A stretch of DNA of 38,601 bases from positions 1-38,601 of the forward strand of contig MEDY01000333.1 of assembly GCA_001724265.1 (NCBI GenBank). The letters run 5' to 3'. Shown here one piece after another: positions 36,347-38,601 of the stretch. The notes beneath the pieces were generated by a model. It was not told where the DNA came from and ran no database searches. It saw only the letters and a list, made by a program, of their open reading frames with translations. The first letter of the stretch is position 1. The number at the start of each line of letters is the position of its first letter. The stretch comes from Rhizaria sp. SCN 62-66. Taxonomy: Eukaryota. The position numbers and the translations under genes were made by a program.

Positions 36347-37103
36347 CTTACTGGGCTGTTAAAAGGCTTTTTGGTTGCAGTGACGTCCAGCGACTGGCGC
36401 TGCTAATGGTGAGAATGTGATATCTGCTCTTTGACAGAGTTGAGATGATAGTGTGGCCAGATACCAACGTCGGTGTACAGCTCTGTTTAATCGTTGAAAT
36501 ACGAATAACAAAATGCGAAAAAACACGATGTCGTAAGATTATTGTGATCTTTGAATGACATCTTGCTTTACCAAGAATTTCGGGCGGTACACAGGCGGGA
36601 AGGTCATTTTAATGCAGGAGCAAATTGCTCTGGGGATGAAACACCTTGCGTCAGGATATCTGCACTAAAATCAGTTTCTTAGGTTGTAAAAACAATGTCT
36701 CGGAAATTTTAAGACTTGATCTATTAAATTCTTTTGAATATTTTTCCTTTGACGATGAGACAACGTCTATTGAACCTCGTCATTACTTCGTTGACGATGC
36801 GACTGTTTGTGCATGAAACCGCCCTATCACAAAGATCGCAAAGGTGACAGCAAATTGGTAAAGAAGCCCAACGATTTCAGGCGATATTTATTTCGATCGC
36901 CCGAAATCTAAACGCAAAGTCAACAATTTAAATAGTGAATTCGGAATTCAAAATTCGTCCACGAGAAATTTGATTCATCTCCTAAAAGCATTCAACAGAT
37001 ATCCTTTTGTATTTGCACTTAAAAAATTGCACAAAAAATGGCCATATCTTTCTCATATCTTTTTTATACAATGAAACCAACGCATACAAGGTCGATAAAC
37101 AAC

Positions 37104-38237
37104 TCAAGGGTTCAGCCGCTTCAGCCTCTCCTCCAAGGTCATCCCGGCAGGGCTCTGGCTCGGCGCAGGTGCAGCCGCCGCCCCCTGTTGAGGCTGAAAC
37201 TGAGACTGAGCAGGAGCAGGAGCAGGAGCAGTGGGCGACGGGGACATCGCGGCCTTTTGGACCGCCGAGTTGCGGACTCCGCCGTTCGCGCCGGCGCTCG
37301 CGCCGGTGCCGCCCTGCATACCGGGCTTGTCCGCGGGCGGGAGCGTGTAGTCGTAGCCGGCGCCGCCGCTCTGCTGCGCCACAGCCGCGTTGTGCTGGTT
37401 AAGCGTGTCCTCGAGCGCCGCGTCGTACGACGGCGGCGCCAGCGCAGCCGCGCTCGGCCTTGGCGGCGCCACGGGGGCCGCGGCGGGGACCGCGGCGACG
37501 GGGGCGACGGCCTTGGCGGCAGGGACGACGCCGTCCTCCTCCTCCTCGCCGAGGTTGTGGCCCTGCGCGGCGTCATCGGCGGCGGCGGCCACCGCGGCGG
37601 CGGCGTCGGTGTTGGGCGCCTCGGGGGCATCGCCAGCCCGGAGGCGCGCGACCGCGCCCAGCGCCTGCGGGTTGTCGCGCTGCTCCTCCTCCCAGTGCCA
37701 CTTGGGCTCCCACTCGACGTCATGGTCGGCCGCGATCTGCCGCAGCACGGGCACGATGCGCGCCAGCGGCGGGGGCGTCGCCGCCAGCAGCGTCACGATG
37801 CGCGGGGGCACCTTGCCCGAGTGGTTGTTGCGGTGCGCCTCGGCCCACTCGGTGCCGAACTTGAGCGCAAGCTGCTGCGCCACCTCGCGCAGCTCGGGCA
37901 CCTCTGCGATGCGCGCCGCGCAGTAGATGATGGTCGAGCACGTCTCGTCGAAGTCCTCGGGGCAGGGCGGCTTGGCCGCCAGCAGCAGTTGCATGCGCTG
38001 CGAGAGGAAGGAGAACATCACCGACACAAGCTCGAGCACAACGAGGAGGTTCTCCTGGTAGAGCAGGCCCTCGGTGCGGATGCGCGCCGACTCGTCTTTG
38101 TTCTGCGACAGCATCGTGGCGATCTCGCGGCGCGCGATCTTCTGCGCGTTGGTCTTTTTGCTCTGCTGCATCGAGCAACGCTCGACGCCCATCTTGAGCT
38201 TCACGCGCAGAACTTGCGCGGAGAAACTCTGGCCCAT
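37104..38237 (-). CDS. IST1: IST1 (ESCRT-III-associated regulator of Vps4), 377 aa
   Basis: F..LRVKLKM..R..Q.KK..ARREIATML..K.ESARIRTE..IIYCAARIAEVPELREV..L..KFG N-terminal domain; C-terminal MIM1-like LEERLKRL; TGA stop. Confidence 0.9.
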   Translation of the reverse strand: MGQSFSAQVLRVKLKMGVERCSMQQSKKTNAQKIARREIATMLSQNKDESARIRTEGLLYQENLLVVLELVSVMFSFLSQRMQLLLAAKPPCPEDFDETCSTIIYCAARIAEVPELREVAQQLALKFGTEWAEAHRNNHSGKVPPRIVTLLAATPPPLARIVPVLRQIAADHDVEWEPKWHWEEEQRDNPQALGAVARLRAGDAPEAPNTDAAAAVAAAADDAAQGHNLGEEEEDGVVPAAKAVAPVAAVPAAAPVAPPRPSAAALAPPSYDAALEDTLNQHNAAVAQQSGGAGYDYTLPPADKPGMQGGTGASAGANGGVRNSAVQKAAMSPSPTAPAPAPAQSQFQPQQGAAAAPAPSQSPAGMTLEERLKRLNP

Positions 38238-38507
38238 TAAAGAGGACGCAGGGGGAAACCGCGAAGGGCTGGGCGCGGCACGTGTCGTGCAAGCGGGGAG
38301 CGACGTGCGGAGGGAGAGGGGATACGAGCAAGTCTTGGGTGAGAGATTTGGCATAGATGGCGGTCGGCCACATAAATTTAATTAAGGGGAAATATAGAAT
38401 ACATGCTAATCACCGACAGAGACCGAGAAAACGAAGACGATTACGATTGGAGAAAGCATAGACAAAGATTAATTCATGCCACCACAATCGAGTCTTGATC
38501 TGCCATC

Positions 38508-38601
38508 ACACGGGGGTCGCGAATTGGGCCGTTTGCCTCTCCCACCCCACATGTTTGTGATGTTGAGGCACCCCCCATCCCCAATAAACATCCCTAGATT
38601 A
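38508..38601 (-). repeat. Right copy of the 94-bp inverted repeat
   Basis: Exact reverse complement of 3-96. Confidence 0.97.

Noticed and set aside
713-38240. Many long antisense or alternate-frame ORFs (e.g. 713-1522, 4464-5630, 16206-17537, 19231-20658, 23907-25562, 37038-38240)
   Set aside because: Shadow ORFs of GC-rich, codon-biased genes; no independent domain signal.

Overview
Gene-dense eukaryotic nuclear DNA: GC-rich exons, AT-rich spacers, short spliceosomal introns mostly starting GTACGT. Cilia-linked genes (SPAG1-like, Fused/STK36-like) suggest a flagellated protist or other zoosporic lineage, not a yeast. About ten genes are present: a nucleoplasmin-like protein, V-ATPase subunit A (frameshifted, with a tandem partial duplicate), the eRF1 methyltransferase N6AMT1/HemK2, a multi-domain thioredoxin, RBBP6/Mpe1, an OFCC1-like protein, a thioredoxin, SPAG1-like, a giant Fused-like kinase and IST1. 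Main signals: (1) UAG appears to be a sense codon, probably Gln, while UAA and UGA remain stops. Four in-frame TAGs interrupt otherwise continuous frames, three of them inside conserved domains and one heading a poly-Gln run, and none of the 11 modelled CDS ends uses TAG. (2) The duplicate V-ATPase A fragment carries a remnant of a VMA1/PI-SceI-type intein at the canonical site, while the neighbouring copy is intein-free. (3) The two ends of the window are a perfect 94-bp inverted repeat. All gene calls are by eye from remembered motifs; no searches were run.
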